From contig NC_045696.1 of the NCBI RefSeq assembly GCF_009834535.1, forward strand, positions 110,920,001-110,984,000: 64,000 nt of DNA, in the 5' to 3' direction. Made by a program: the position numbers and the translations under genes. This DNA is from Camelus ferus (Eukaryota). Below the pieces are notes generated by a model, which was given only the letters and a program-made list of their open reading frames with translations, did no database searches and was not told the DNA's origin. Of the stretch, positions 37,955 to 51,119 are shown piece by piece; position 1 is the stretch's first letter; every line of letters begins with the position of its first letter.

Positions 37955-38665
37955 AATGTCTATCATGTTCATGCCTTTGTTTACTCCCCTCCTATATTAT
38001 CTCTTGCATTGATCACATGATTTGCTTTTGTTCAGTGGGGTCTTAGCAAACATGATATAAGCCGAGACTTTGTAAGAGTCATGCTGTGACTGGTCCAGAC
38101 TCTATTTTCTTACTTTTTGTATTCTTGATGCTCTGGCATTTGGGGCCTTCATCCTGGGGACACTGACCTTCCCAGGCTATCTGATGCCTGGAGATTGTAA
38201 GTTACTTCCTGTGAGTGCACCTTTGATATACAAACCAACCAATCCGGAGCCAACAACATCAACTAAACCAAAATTCTCCGTTTCTGGTGAACTTGAGTAT
38301 AAACCTCTTCGTTCATGACAATCATTTATGTTGTGTCTCAGTGTCTTGACTTCAACAAATCCTGGGTACATTTTTAGGACAAGGTTTATTTTCTTAGAAC
38401 AGTCTTTCTTTAAAGCCGATCACTGTGCACAAAGAGATTCACATTAACACTACTGGATGAGGAACGAGACTCTGGAGGGTGAGGTGCCACCTGGAAGGTT
38501 CTAGCACCAGCCTAGCAGCCAACTGAATGCAGCTGCATGGGTCAACTTAGCTATACAACACGGGGAGGAACAGCCAAACCACAGAATCCTGAGAAATAAT
38601 GTCATCAGTGTTGTAAATCATTGAGTTTTGGAGTGGGTGGTTGTGCAGAAGGAGACGACTGAAGC
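37955..38665 (+). mobile_element. MLT1-family LTR disrupted by a nested insertion
   Basis: 5' part 'catgatttgcttttg...agcaaacatgatataagccgagact'; 3' part 'ccaaaccacagaatcctgagaaataat...ttgagttttggagtgggtggttgtgcag'. Confidence 0.7.
38085..38265 (+). mobile_element. MER74-like LTR, 5' half
   Basis: 'tattcttgatgctctggcatttggggcc', 'cctttgatatacaaaccaaccaatccggagcc'. Confidence 0.65.
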
Positions 38666-38899
38666 AGTGTATTATGGACAGGACCTTATGGCTCTGGGTC
38701 TGCCAGCCCACCTGTATGCATACCTTCCTCCCAGCTCCTCACCACCCTAGGGAAGGAATTCTACTACTTTTATTGGTGAAATTCTGCAGCATTCCTTGGG
38801 CTGTGTTTACAGTGACCTTGGTCACAGAATGAAAGGTGTGCCCAGGTAGCTTACTTCATTGACTCTTCTCACTCGGTGCACTGAGACCAATGAGCTAAG

Positions 38900-39346
38900 C
38901 TTTTATTTCTTTTTCATGCCTGATTGCTCTGGCTAAGACGCCTTATACTATGTTGAAAAGAAGTATTGAGAGTGGGGACACTTGTTTTGTTCCTGATCTC
39001 AGAGAAAAAGCTTTCAAACTTTCACCATTGAGTGTGATGTTAGCTGTGGGGTTGTCACATATAACCTTTATCGTGTTGGGATATGTTCCTTCTATGCCTA
39101 ATTCATTAACGTTTTTATCATGAAAGGATGTTGAATTTTGTCAAAGGCTTTTTCTGTGTCTACTGAGATCATCATAATTCTTTTCCTTCATTCTGTTAAT
39201 GTGATATATTGCATTGGTTGATTTGTGTATGTTAAAAACATCCTTGCATCAAAGGGATAAATACCGTTTGATCATGGTGAATGATCTTTTCAATGTGCTT
39301 CTAAATTTGGTTCACTAGTATTTTATTGAGAGTTTTTGCATCTATA
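38900..39346 (-). mobile_element. L1M ORF2 (RT region) fragment
   Basis: Antisense to about 52665-53100 of the in-window L1 ('ttgttcctgatctcagagaaaaagctttcaaactttcaccattgagtgtgatgttagctgtggg'). Confidence 0.9.
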
Positions 39347-39670
39347 GATTCTCAATATTTAAGAGATAGGAAGAATAAATATCAAGGCATTTGTCATTGT
39401 AATAACAAAGATATCAATAATAGGACTTCTCTGAATTAAAAATAAATACAACTTTAAGCACTCCCATTTTAGGAATTATAACTTAAATTTCAAATATGTA
39501 CTCATTCACATATTTATTTTATTTCCTTGGAAAGCTTAATCCTACATTTTATTTTTCAGTATCACGAGTTCCAGGTTTCTATAACACACAACATATTTTT
39601 CTATAAGATACCACCAACCATTGTGTCTTGCTGCTGAATACAAACACACACAAACACCCTCTTTGGAAAA

Positions 39671-40550
39671 TGTTTAAGTTTCCTATTGCTGTGTAACAGA
39701 TTATCACAAATTTAGCAATGTGAAACAATATACATTTATTATCTGACAGTTTCTGTGTATCGGGAGACCAGTCACAGATTGTAGGTCCTCTGCTCAGGGT
39801 CTGCAGTCTTGATGTAAGCCAGGCTGTTCCTTTCTGGAATTCTGGACCTCCTTCAAAACTCACAGTTTGAGGCAGAACTCAGCATTTTTCAGTTGTAGGA
39901 TTGAGGTCCCTGCTTTGTTACAGGTTGTCATCCAGGGGCTACCCTCAGCCTCTAGAGGGTGTTGCATTTCCTTGTCATGTCGGAGATGGCCATGTTCCAT
40001 TTGGGCAGCCATAACAAAGTACTGTAACTTAGGTGGCTTATAAGTAACAGAAATTATTCCTTACAGTTCTGGAGCCTGGAAGTGTGAGATCAGGATGTCA
40101 GTGCAGTTGGGCGAGGGCTCTCTTCCTGATTGTAGACTGCCAACTTCTTGTATCTTCACAGGATGGAAAAAGAGTGAAGTAACTCTCTGGCCCTTCTTAT
40201 AAGGGCACTAATCCCATCCATGGGGCCTCCACCCTCATGACCTAATTACCTGCCAAAGGCCCCATCTCCATATTCCAACACACCAGGGATTAGATGTCAG
40301 CCTGTGAATTGGGGGAGGCATCAAACACTCAGTCCACATCAGAGACCCTTTCACGATGTTGCAGTTTGCTTCTTCAAAGCCCACAGGATAATCTCATTGT
40401 CCCACCTTCTGTATACAATGTGATATTATCATGGGAGTGATGACATCACCGCTCTTGGCCAGAAGCAAGGCGCAGTTTCCACCTGCACACAAAGAGGGCT
40501 GATAAAAGGGCATAAGTTATGGAGAGTCGTCCTAGATCCTGAATTCCACA
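39671..40550 (-). mobile_element. MLT1-family LTR, outer element split by nested MLT1A
   Basis: Starts 'tgtttaagtttcctattgctgtgtaacagattatcacaaatttagc', resumes 'gcagtttgcttcttcaaagcc...atcatgggagtgatgacatcacc'. Confidence 0.8.
39987..40341 (-). mobile_element. MLT1A-like LTR nested in the older MLT1
   Basis: 'cttataagggcactaatcccatccatggggcctccaccctcatgacctaattacctgccaaaggccc', ends 'aaacactcagtccacatca'. Confidence 0.85.
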
Positions 40551-40659
40551 GGAGAGAAAGTTCAGAGATGATGGGAGGTTCAGAGGTGATGTAAAACTGA
40601 AAGTGACGAAGTGTCCATACAGTGTAAACCCAGGAATAGTATGGCCTCATGGGTCATAG

Positions 40660-40930
40660 CCCAGGCTGAAATTGGAATCACCTGAGGAACTTGAAACACG
40701 TAGTTCCAATCATGAAGAATCTGATTTAATTAGTCTAGGGTAATGCCTGAGAATCACATTTAAAAAAATATTCTCAAGTGATTCAAATACGTCCAGGGTT
40801 GAGAAATACTGATCTGGTCCAACTACTTTATTTCACAGATGAGGAACTTGAAGCCCAGGAAGGCTGAGTCTTCTGTAAGCAATGCATTCAAGTCATGGCA
40901 GAGGCAGGATTAGACCCAGGCCTTCCAGCT
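40660..40930. mobile_element. MER5A-like MITE (about 40660-40812) followed by MIR core (about 40813-40930)
   Basis: 'ggaatcacctgaggaac...ccagggttgagaaatactg'; 'tttcacagatgaggaacttgaagcccagga'. Confidence 0.75.
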
Positions 40931-42744
40931 GTGGCCAGGCCTTCCTAGCACTGGACAAGCACATGTTACCAAGTGGAGGTTATCTAGTGTGTCATGGGAG
41001 GCTTTTATGGCAAGAAATCCTGAAATTCTAAGTAGATTTGACCAAAGCCAGGTCAAATTCTCTCTGTTACGTAGCCAGCTTCTTCATATCAATATGAATT
41101 TCCCAGAGTGAGATTTCTGTCACCAGCTTCAAGAGTGAAAACATAAGTAAAATGTACTTCTTTTTGGAAAGTCAGTGTAAAGCAATTCCTGGTGTTTGGG
41201 GAAATGCATTTTCCATCGTGGAAAACGATTTGATCCTTATGTGGAATGTTAACACTCTTCTGACATGGATGAGGTGGATACGTAGGCTGTGTCATTTTGC
41301 AAGATGGCTGAGCTCTTCTGGTGAGATATCAGAAATCTGAAAGGGCAAACTCTACCAGTGGATGGGCTGATGGGTCCTGATCTAGTCATTCATGGGTAAG
41401 ACCTTTTCTTGGGTTTGGCCATGCCTTTTAAAATGAGTTCTTCACCCTCCCTTGCATTTACTCAGTGAGTGGATCTATAGACCCTCGTCATTTAGCTCTA
41501 ATGTTCTCTGAGTTTTAGGAGTAACGTCCCAGTCAGTAGAGAAAAAACAAACCCTTACAGAACTAGGAAACTTCCGTATTCCTCTGTTCCTCACCTGGTT
41601 TTGGCGACTCACATCTCCATTTTGAAGGGACAGTGGGACCACCAACACCCTGGACATAGATGCTCCTGGATCCCAGACTGGTCAGGAATTATCTGTCTGT
41701 TACTTGACCAGGAAAGTCTTACTATGTGGTATCAGACCAAAAAGGATAATGTGAACCAGTGGGAATTAGGCACTAGCTTCAAATTCTTTCTGTCCTGTGA
41801 GGGAGAAGGATATGGCCCAGCCTGTGCTTCCTCACTAGACTAGTCTGGGACTGAAGGTCGGGACCTAGACCAAGTGATCCCACAAGGCTTTCCAGATGGT
41901 GACCATGAGGACTGGAGATCTATCCAAAATTTCCCATCAAAAAGCCCAAGGACGTGATCACGAATTCAGGATGAACACAAAGATACTGAGGAGGATGTTA
42001 ACTCATTTTTATTGAAAACTCCTCTAGCTAAGCTGAAACATGCCTGCGATTTCTGTACAGACCTAGATATACAATTAAATAGCATGTAATCATGATAATC
42101 ACCTCAGAAAGACAGCATGCATTCCCAGGAGCCTAAGGGCAGCAGTAATTAATGCTCCTGCAATTAATGCAGGTTTTTTTTTTAAAGTGGCAATTTGCTT
42201 TCCTCTTCATTGAAAGAAATTGTTACCAGTTACTAAGAAATGCAGCCCTTACTTTCCAGAGACAAAAGTCAGCAGCTTCCTGAGTCTGAGAAGAAACTAG
42301 TTCATAAAACCAGCTCCCTGGCCTGATAAAGGGCATAGATATGGAAGGCTGTCTTTCAGAAGACTGGGCTATCGTCCAAACGTCACCATCTTTCTTCCTG
42401 GCTGTTTTGTAACCAGCATTGCCCTAGTCGGCTGACTTTTTCATGGATTACGATGATGCAAAAGACCTGGAGGGATCGCTTACCATTCTGCAGGCTTTAG
42501 GTTGCTTCATACGGGCCTCCAAGGTAGGAGAAAACTATTCAGATTTGACAACCTTGTAAGAAGGAAAATCCATGAACTTCTGATATTACTCATAGATCAA
42601 TCATACACTCACAGTGAAAACGACATGTAACATACGCAGTCTCAATGTTTAGCAAACAATACACACTTGATAAATTTTGGTAATTGTTGCTTTTCTCTGT
42701 TTTTCAGGGTCTGTGTTGTTTTGCCTATTATTTTCTCATTTCTC

Positions 42745-42895
42745 CCTTATAGTGGTCTTGCCAATGAGTATCACTATCCTCATTTTACAAGGAATGAGGT
42801 TAAGGATAGGCAAGTGCAAGTAATGTTCCCTAAGGCACCTAGCTAGTAAGCGGAAGTGGTCACATTGGCACTCATGCCTGTGTGATTATGTAGAC
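42745..42895 (-). mobile_element. MIR SINE
   Basis: 'actatcctcattttacaagg...gttccctaaggcacctagctagtaag'. Confidence 0.6.
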
Positions 42896-43624
42896 ATTCT
42901 TGGCCATTCTATATGACTTTTATTGACTTTTCTGAAGCTATTTCCATTACTAGCGTCTTCCATCATTCTGTCCAATATTGATAATACAAGGTTTTTTGTT
43001 TGTTTGTTTGTTTTTGGCTTTTTCATCTGAACTTAATATAACTTATATTTGTCACCCTCCTCAAGTCTCTGTGAAGCCTCTAGTCACTGTTTTAGAAGGA
43101 TCTTTGGGGTTTTGTGATTTTGAACCCCAAGATTAAGATTCTGTCTGTTGGCCAAGAGATGCCCTAATTGGGAGAATGAGGCTTTGTCTGTCCTGGCCTT
43201 TTGCCCTGTCAGGAATGCCTGTCTCATGCAACACTGGGGCCTGTGATTCTCTGACCTCCATTCACAGTGCTGTGACAGTTTTAAGTGCAATGATGAGTGA
43301 AAGGAAGGTAGATGAGATAGTTTTTTTTCAATTTCTTCCAACCTTAATGCTGTAGATTTATGATCACCCTCTACCTTGGAGACGCAGAAGGATCCTTTAC
43401 CAATATCATGGGTGGTCAACATTCTCAAAGGGCTATATATCCATGATTATGGACACCTTCCTAGGTGGCCTCAGTCCCTTTTCTTCTTTGGACCCCACAG
43501 TAGCAAAGGCAATTTCAACCTTATTCTTTTTCGTCCTTCTCTGGTTCTTCGTATGACTGATATTGGCTTTCTCTTTTTCCCATCTGACTGATGTTTCTAA
43601 GTTTTTAATGTTGTTTCTGACACC

Positions 43625-43880
43625 CTTCATTCATCCATTACTCATTACTTCAACAAATATGAATTGAACAGCTCTCACTTGCCACATATAAAGTCAGCTG
43701 TGGAGGGAATTCACATAAATGCCATGATGCTAGATCTCAAGATTTCACAGTCTAATGACAGACGATAGTGTGACAAGTGCTATGGAAACACACAGGAAAG
43801 GCACCCTGGAGCAGAGAGAGATGAATCTGGGAAGCCTCTAGGCAGAGGCTGGGCCAGAGCTGGGGCTCTGAACAATGAGA
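43625..43880 (-). mobile_element. L2 3' end
   Basis: 'cattcatccattactcattacttcaacaaatatgaattga', 'ctcaagatttcacagtctaatg'. Confidence 0.65.
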
Positions 43881-44291
43881 ACAAAAGATTTCTGAGTTTT
43901 GTTAATCTGAGGAGATGCTCACTTCTTCCCCTTCCTTTTTCACAAGATTTGGGGGAAAAACTTCAATCCATGTCCAATGGGAGATACTCAGAGGCTGCCC
44001 TGGAAGTGACCACATTATGTCTGGCTAGTCACGAATGCACTTGTAAGACAATGGGGACACTTAACATACTGTGTAAAAAGACAGAGTGGCAAGCTGCGGT
44101 TTGCATTCATAGTGCAGTGTCAGTGGGAACTAGGAACTTAAATGCATCAGAATTGAACCAAGACTTTATTTCTCTTACAGAAGGCACTCTTCTCCCTATA
44201 TATTGAGTGGTAAAATAGAAACAGCTTTGGACTGGAAACCAAGAAGGCTGAATCTTGCTCCTAATTTTATCTCTAATTGGCTGAGCCTGGA

Positions 44292-44580
44292 GGGACACAA
44301 CATAAATGTAATGTGGAATCCTGGAACAGAAAAAGACCATTAGGTAAAAACCAAGGAAATTTAAAGAAACTGTAAACTTTAGTTAATAATAATGTATTAC
44401 TATTGGTTCATTATTTGCAACAAATTGGTTACAGTAATTTAAGAGCCAAACAATAGGGGAAACCAGTGTGAGGTAAATGAGAATGCTGTGCTATCTCCTC
44501 AATTTTTCTGTAACTCTAAACCAGGTCTAAGAAGCAATGTTTATTTAAAAATATACAAAAGGAAAAAAAAAAAAAAAAGA
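44292..44580 (+). mobile_element. L1MB/MC-like 3' end with A-rich tail, inserted next to or into a MIR
   Basis: 'aaatgtaatgtggaatcctggaacagaaaaagaccattaggtaaaaacc', 'caatttttctgtaactctaaa', then a poly(A) run. Confidence 0.8.
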
Positions 44581-45359
44581 ATATCTCTCATCTCTCCACT
44601 CATGGTATAACAGAGCTGTCGTGTTCCATCCTTTTCTGGTACCTGATGTGTTTAGTACCCGACATCCAAGCCTTTGGTTTGAAGGGTACCCAGATAGAGC
44701 AAGTTATTTCCCACCAGTTGCATAACTGAAGTGCAGTGATGGTAGGAGGGAGAGAAAGGACACTCAGATATGAAAGCAGCCAGATTTCAGTGTTGGACCA
44801 AGATGTCTGCGGGCTGCCAGGAACACTTCGGGCAGAGGATACCAAGCTACAGTCACCTTTGCAGGCAGATGGCTCTTTCGCTATTAAAATAACCACAGTC
44901 ATTCTTCATTCTCATTGAGAGAGGAGTAGAGAAGAGGATGGGTTGCTCAAAATCTTTTCAAATCTTTATTAATTGAATTTCTAATTAGCACACACATTAT
45001 ACATAATGCATTTCCAAGGAGCAGCTGCAGGCGCAGCTCAGTTTAACATTCGGTTCCCATGATACTTGTGGGCAGGCGGGGCAGTTGGACAGTCATGGAA
45101 ACAGCACTGACCTATGTGCCTCATCCTGGATGTGATTTGTATCAAGTGATGAGATTAATGACCACTCAGGGCAAGGTTTAAAATAAATCTCAGCACTTAT
45201 ACTTCCTCAGTTCACTTTTCATGTGAATCTTCATTTGTGGAGGAAATTAATGTGTTTTCTTCTGATAGTACTCAGATTCATAAGATGCAGATCCTGTGAG
45301 AAAATTGAGGCCCACAGAAGTGCTTGATCAGTGTTGTACAACAGATAAACATGGGTTGT

Positions 45360-45537
45360 CACTTTGTTGTTCAAAGTGTAGTGCAGATCATCTGTAGGGC
45401 AGGAGCCAACAACACCCCCTGACTGTTAGAAATGCAGAATTTTAGGCCCCATCCCAGGCCTACTGCATCAGAAATCTGCACTTTAACAAGCTTCCCTGGG
45501 GATTCATATGCACATAAAGTATAAGCCATGTGCTAGT
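45360..45537. mobile_element. MER5A-like hAT MITE
   Basis: 'tgttagaaatgcagaattttaggccccatcccaggcctactgcatcagaaatctgcactttaacaag'. Confidence 0.85.
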
Positions 45538-45571
45538 TTAGAAACTACAACTGTGTCTACTAGCTCACTGT

Positions 45572-46072
45572 TTTGTATAGTATGATTTGGGCTGCAAGTA
45601 ACAGCATCAAATAAAAAAAAATAGGGTCCTTATTGTTTCCCATAATATGAAGTCAGGAAAAGGTGGTCTTATGATTGATTTCATCAATGACTAAAATTCT
45701 TTATTGTCTTTCCATTCCATCATTTTCATTGTGTTTACTTTGTTGCCTCATTGGCACAAAATGGCTGCAACAGCTCATACAGCTGAGTCCAAAGACATGA
45801 GTAATTGAATGGGGAGAGAAGATGGGAGAGGGAACCAGAAGACTTTTCCTTACACATTCATCTTATAATCTGGTGGAAAATCTTTCCCAGGTGCCATGGT
45901 ATACACTTTTCCTTGGGTGTCCTTGGCCTACTTTTGGTCACATGCTCATGCTCTAGCTCGAAAAGAAGCTTAGAAAATCTCACTAGGTTTTATACTGGGA
46001 GCTTGTTTCTGCCAGTAAGGAAGACAGGTAGAAAATAGCTGTTGGGCAGGTGACTAAAAGTGTCTGCCCCAA
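45572..46072 (-). mobile_element. Old MLT1-family LTR
   Basis: 'ttgggctgcaagtaacag', 'cacaaaatggctgcaacagctc', ends 'gctgttgggcaggtgactaaaagtgtctgcccca'. Confidence 0.7.
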
Positions 46073-46344
46073 CTCTGCTTAAAGTTATCCTGGATGTAGA
46101 CCATAATAGAGTTAGAGATCTTCTGTTTCATCATTGAATTTTTTTTTATGGGAAAACTGGGGTCCTGGGGGTTGAAGCACTTCTCCATGATTAGATATTT
46201 TGTTAGATTAGAGGATTAAATAGACATCATCACTCTTGACTCCTGATCTGCTGCTGTGATGCACGCTGTACTTTTGTAACCAAACAGCATTTACAACACA
46301 CGATCTGTATCTTCATCTAGCTTTACGAGAAAACTAAAATATCA

Positions 46345-46738
46345 CTTTGATTTGTTGTGGCCATGTGACAAAGCTTAATAAGGTGTTGGCAGAAGTCATT
46401 GAGAAGAGTTTCCTTTTTGTCATACAAAGACAAAGCCTCATAAGGAGAAGGCTTTTGATGCTTCCCCCCCTTTTTTTTTTCTGACCTGGAATATGAATGT
46501 GATGCCTGAAGCAGCAGCAGCCATCTTCAACCAAGTGGCTAACAGCCACTCAGTAAACTTGGTGGAGTTGAAAACAACAGAAGAAAACTGAATCCCTGAT
46601 GAAATCATAAAACCATTAGAGTGACTGTTCCGGCAATCTTTGGACTCCTTTTTATGTAAGAAAAAGCTTCAATCATTTAAGTCATTGTTAACTTATCTTT
46701 GTGATTACACACTACAGAATGTGATCTAAACTGGTACA
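46345..46738 (+). mobile_element. Old MLT1-family LTR fragment
   Basis: 'ggccatgtgac', 'atgtgatgcctgaagcagcagcagccatctt', ends 'taaactggtaca'. Confidence 0.65.
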
Positions 46739-47544
46739 AATACATCTCAAGCATGTTATCTCAAGGAAAACAAATTTTTCTAGAATAACATGTGGATGAG
46801 ACTATTGAATCAGACCAATTTTTATGCAGTAGGCATCTTCAAAAAAAATCATAATAGTTGATTTTTTTTTTCCTTTGCAAAACTGATACACACAGGAGAT
46901 GAAATGGAATTGTGAAGCAGGGCACTTTTCCTGGAGGGTTTTGACATTGCTCTAGCAGTTATAGAGTTTTTGTTTCTCTTTATGAGGCTTTTTCTGTATC
47001 TAGCATTCTTATCTTATTGACTAATCATTTACTCCATGCTGAAGCAATGGAATTCCCCTGTCTTCAAGTAGACTATTGGATGATGCTGTCCGAGCCTCAG
47101 CAGTCTTTATATTTTTCTCCCTTGCACCATTGAGGATGTATCCTTTTTCTTGGAATATGTGGGACTTCCTTCTTCTTTACTTTTTCCAGGCTCTATCTCG
47201 AGGAGAATTCCTTGTCAAAGACCATGGCCATCACAAAGAACAGCCTGCCTTCTATTTTCTTTCACACCGTTCTCTGCCGTCCTGTAGAGAATGGGCCCAA
47301 GTATTATTTACTTCTAAATCTGAGTCTGGGGACAAGGTTGCTTTGTAAAGAAGGTAAAAGTTCAGGTTCCTGGGGAAAGGAGTCCGTTTGTTCTGACTAG
47401 CAGAGGAAACAGGATCTGGGAGAGAACTATTCTGCAGAGCGGAGGGAGGAAAACTTGGAGCTCTTAGAGAATACAGGAAGAAGGCAGGGAAGAGCTGGGG
47501 CAGGAAAAGGGAAGACGAGAGTAGACAGCAAAATGATGAGATGC

Positions 47545-48080
47545 TTCCTTTCTAGCAAACTGTATTTTCCAAAAATAATAACAGAAATGTTTCTTCTCCC
47601 ACACGCCCTTTTAGAACCTTGCCACTTCCGCCGCCAAGAGGGAGTAGTCTGTCTTTCCCCCTCCAAACAGATGGGACAGTGTGACTTCCTCAACAAACAG
47701 AATGCAGTGGAAAGTAGTAGGGGGTGACTTCCAAGGCCAGTTTAGATAAGGAAATATAGGTTCTCTCTGGCTCTTTCTTTGGATACCTGCGTTGGAGCCT
47801 TGTAAGAAGTCTGGCTGCTCTTAAGCACAAGTGCTTAAGAAAAGACCACGTAGAAAGACCCGTGAGAGGATTTCTGCCATGGACACGAGGCTGTGCCCAG
47901 GCCAACCAGATGGACCCAGGAGGAGGATGAGAGACACATGGAGCAGAGCTGCTCCCAGCCAAGCCCAGCTTAGATCAGTCAACCCTTAGCCAACACAAAG
48001 ACTCTAGAGAAATAATAAATAATTCTTTTAAGTCAGTGAATTTTGGGGTAGTTTGTAATACAGTAGTATCCAGCTGATAC
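47545..48080 (+). mobile_element. MLT1-family LTR
   Basis: 'aaccaacaga'-like 'aacaaacagaatgcagtggaaagt...gtgacttccaaggccag', ends 'ttttaagtcagtgaattttggggtagtttgtaatacag...ctgataca'. Confidence 0.8.
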
Positions 48081-49719
48081 ATTCCCTCTTCATTTCATGA
48101 ATCCATCTGAGTTAAGACGAAGTATATCTAACAACACTAGACATGCGACTCCCCTGGAAGGATTCTTCCCTTGACTTTTCTGTTAGCATCTTCTGGTCCC
48201 TTGGCATGGTGTCTTTGGACATAGCTTAAAACTAAACATAACATTTGGTCACTTGCTTTACTAAATCATTTACACTTGCTCTCCAAAGGCTCCCCAGTCG
48301 ATGAAAGGGACAGCGAAATTAATGGAGGTGATGATTGTATCTAATGAATTTTTCAAAAGAAATTTCCCAAGAGAGCAATTAGAAACGGAAGGGACATTTT
48401 TATTTGAAAATCACCAGTATTTGCATATCTGGGAGCATCTGCTTGACTATACTGAGGCCGATCAACAGAGAACCGCCTCTTACCAAGTCATCTTATTTGT
48501 AATCAGTTGTTATTTCCCCAATACATTATTCATTGTCTTAATGTTTACAGGTTGCGGAGAGCCAGCAGGGAGTAAGCAGATACATGCCTTCTCTTCGGCA
48601 TAGCTTCCTCCTTCTTCCTAGGAATTGTCTGTCTTCTCTCTTATGCATAACTAGAATATTTGGGGGAGGCAGAAAGAAACATCTGAAAGGCAATTCTTCA
48701 CTGCACATAAACTCCAGATGTGAACTGATAGTTCTCTTTCCTTGGTGGAAAATGGTCAGTACAATTTCTTGCAGTTTTGAGCTGATGTGAGCGGTGATGT
48801 TTTGACAGGTAGGTTTTTTTTCCAGTGTTCATTCCTAATCACTGGGCATATATTCAGTTTCAAGGAACTACTACAGTTACAGGTGAGTTGGATAACTTGC
48901 TTCCTCGTGTTCTGATTGTTAGCGTATCTCTGAGTGGGGGTGAGGATTGTATTGTTTATCCGTTACCAGTATTTCTGACACACACATGCATTGCTGAGCC
49001 CTGCTTGAATGGACATTAATTTAGGTAATAGGTGGATCGCCAGAGGCATAAGTAGAAAAAATTTTGAAAAAATTGAAGGGTCAGAAGGAGCCCTGAAGAC
49101 ATTTTAGTCTCATCATTTCTTAAAGTGCGGTAGCCACCACGGGGACCTCAACAGATGCTCTTCGGTGACGTGTGATAACTTGAGATTGCACCTGGGTAGA
49201 GCATTAAATGATACTAAATTACCCACTGAATAGTGTTCCCTTTTCAATACTATAATATTGTTCTGATCATGTTAAGTAGAAATTTTCAGGTTGATGCAGT
49301 TTTTACCACTTTTTGAATATTTTTAGCTTATTTGCACAAAAAAAGGAGGAAACGTTATGTAGCTAGTACCTAATGTCATTGTTAAGTTTTCTTTGTATTT
49401 ATTGCTATGACTGCCTTCTATTTGTGGTAGCTGATAATGGAGGTCCCTTAAAGGTGTCACTTGGAAGTAGCAAAGGTCATGAAGGCGGCCCACACATGGC
49501 TGAAAGCTGGAAAGCACAGTCTGGCCCCACACATATGAAGAGTCTACCCTGTAAGGGGAACTCATTTCTCATAAATAATAAATCCTACAGGGGAAACATA
49601 AGGTGGTATTAAGTCCTAATCTTTTATACCAATGGTAAAGAATAGAAGATTGTCTATTTTTTAAATGGTGCATTATCCACATGTGTCATTATATGTTATA
49701 TAATAATTATATATGAGGG

Positions 49720-49895
49720 ATGCAGCATAATCTGCAAGGAATGGTTTGGACTTTTAAACTCAGACTGACCTAGGTTTGAATCCCAGCTCTTCCAATGTAT
49801 GACAAAGGCAAGTTGTTGTCTATGCTTTAGTTGTCTCATCTAGAACGTGATGAGAATGATACCAAACTCACCGTCATGAGGATTGGCTAGGGTAA
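49720..49895 (+). mobile_element. MIR SINE
   Basis: 'cagactgacctaggtttgaatcccagctct'. Confidence 0.75.
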
Positions 49896-50184
49896 CATAA
49901 ACAAGCCCCCAATACTGGGCCTCGCTGAATTCCTGAGCTGGTCCATGGTAGCTTGTAGCCCTGTCGCCTTGCAGCTTCATGTGATTGGGGGAATGCTGAT
50001 ATGCTTTGCATCTTTCAGTTGCATATACAAAGACACACTTTTCACAGGAGACACTATTAAGCTGACCAGCTTCCAAGCTGGGGAGAGGCTGACCCTCCCC
50101 CTCACTTAGACTTTACATGTCTGCCTTGATCAAGTCAGAACCGACTAGTGGCAGTGGTGGAGCCCTTGTCATTCAAAGTGTTTC

Positions 50185-50340
50185 TAAGAATTTTATTAAC
50201 CTTCTGTGTGCCAAATGCTGTACATACTTCATGTCATCTTCGTAACAGCCTTACAAGCCAGAAGAGAAAACTTTGGCTCAGTGAGATTAGGTGCCTTGCC
50301 CTAATTCCCGCAAGTAGTAAATGGCAGAGCCAGGACTTAA
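50185..50340 (-). mobile_element. MIR SINE
   Basis: 'aaactttggctcagtgagattaggtgccttgccc...agtaaatggcagagccagga'. Confidence 0.7.
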
Positions 50341-51119
50341 TACTTTTTAGACAGAAAATGGACAATCTGTGCGCAACAAGCAGATATTATGTTATTATAG
50401 ACTACATGAAGCTGCAAGGCCCTACACTAAAATTTTAGGCCTCCTTGTTTAAGGTGATGTTCAAAAATATTGCACCTTTTGAATTGTACTCAGATACCGT
50501 CAAGACTAGCTCTTCACCCTAGGTGGCCAGGATGATATTTCTACCTTCAGATTTCTATCTTCTGGAAAACCTGTTTTTCCACATTCTAGCCCTGATCCTG
50601 AATTATGGGTATCCAAGTGGTCCTGACCATGATGGGACTAGTTTATGGATAGGCAGGACTTCTGAAGCTCAAGTTCACCAATCAAAGCACACATTGATTT
50701 TGCATTTTCCACCATCTCTTTTAAATTCAGTCAGGGGAGATCATTTTCTTTTCCAAGTGAAAACTCTTACAGGTCTGTGACTTTTCTGTTCACTTTAACT
50801 AATAGACAGGTACGTATGCAGTTTGTTTTTTGTTTTAGTAGTTAAAGTGTTCAGTCAGAGATACTATGCAAAACCCTGAGCTGAATGTAATGGAAACTCC
50901 TCTCCCCTTGCCCCAGCTTTGACCTGCTTCCGGGGGTGAGTCTGTGAATGAGAAGGTGAGGTGTGACAGTTTCCCCTGTACTTCTCTGCCCTGCGCTATT
51001 CCCTTTTCCTCTCCAGCTGCTGTTTGGGATTCTAGTGGGGGTGGGTGAGATAAGCAGGAAAGAGTGGGGAGGAGATTAAGAGGATAGGATGGTTCTTATT
51101 CAACTGGTACCTTCATCAA

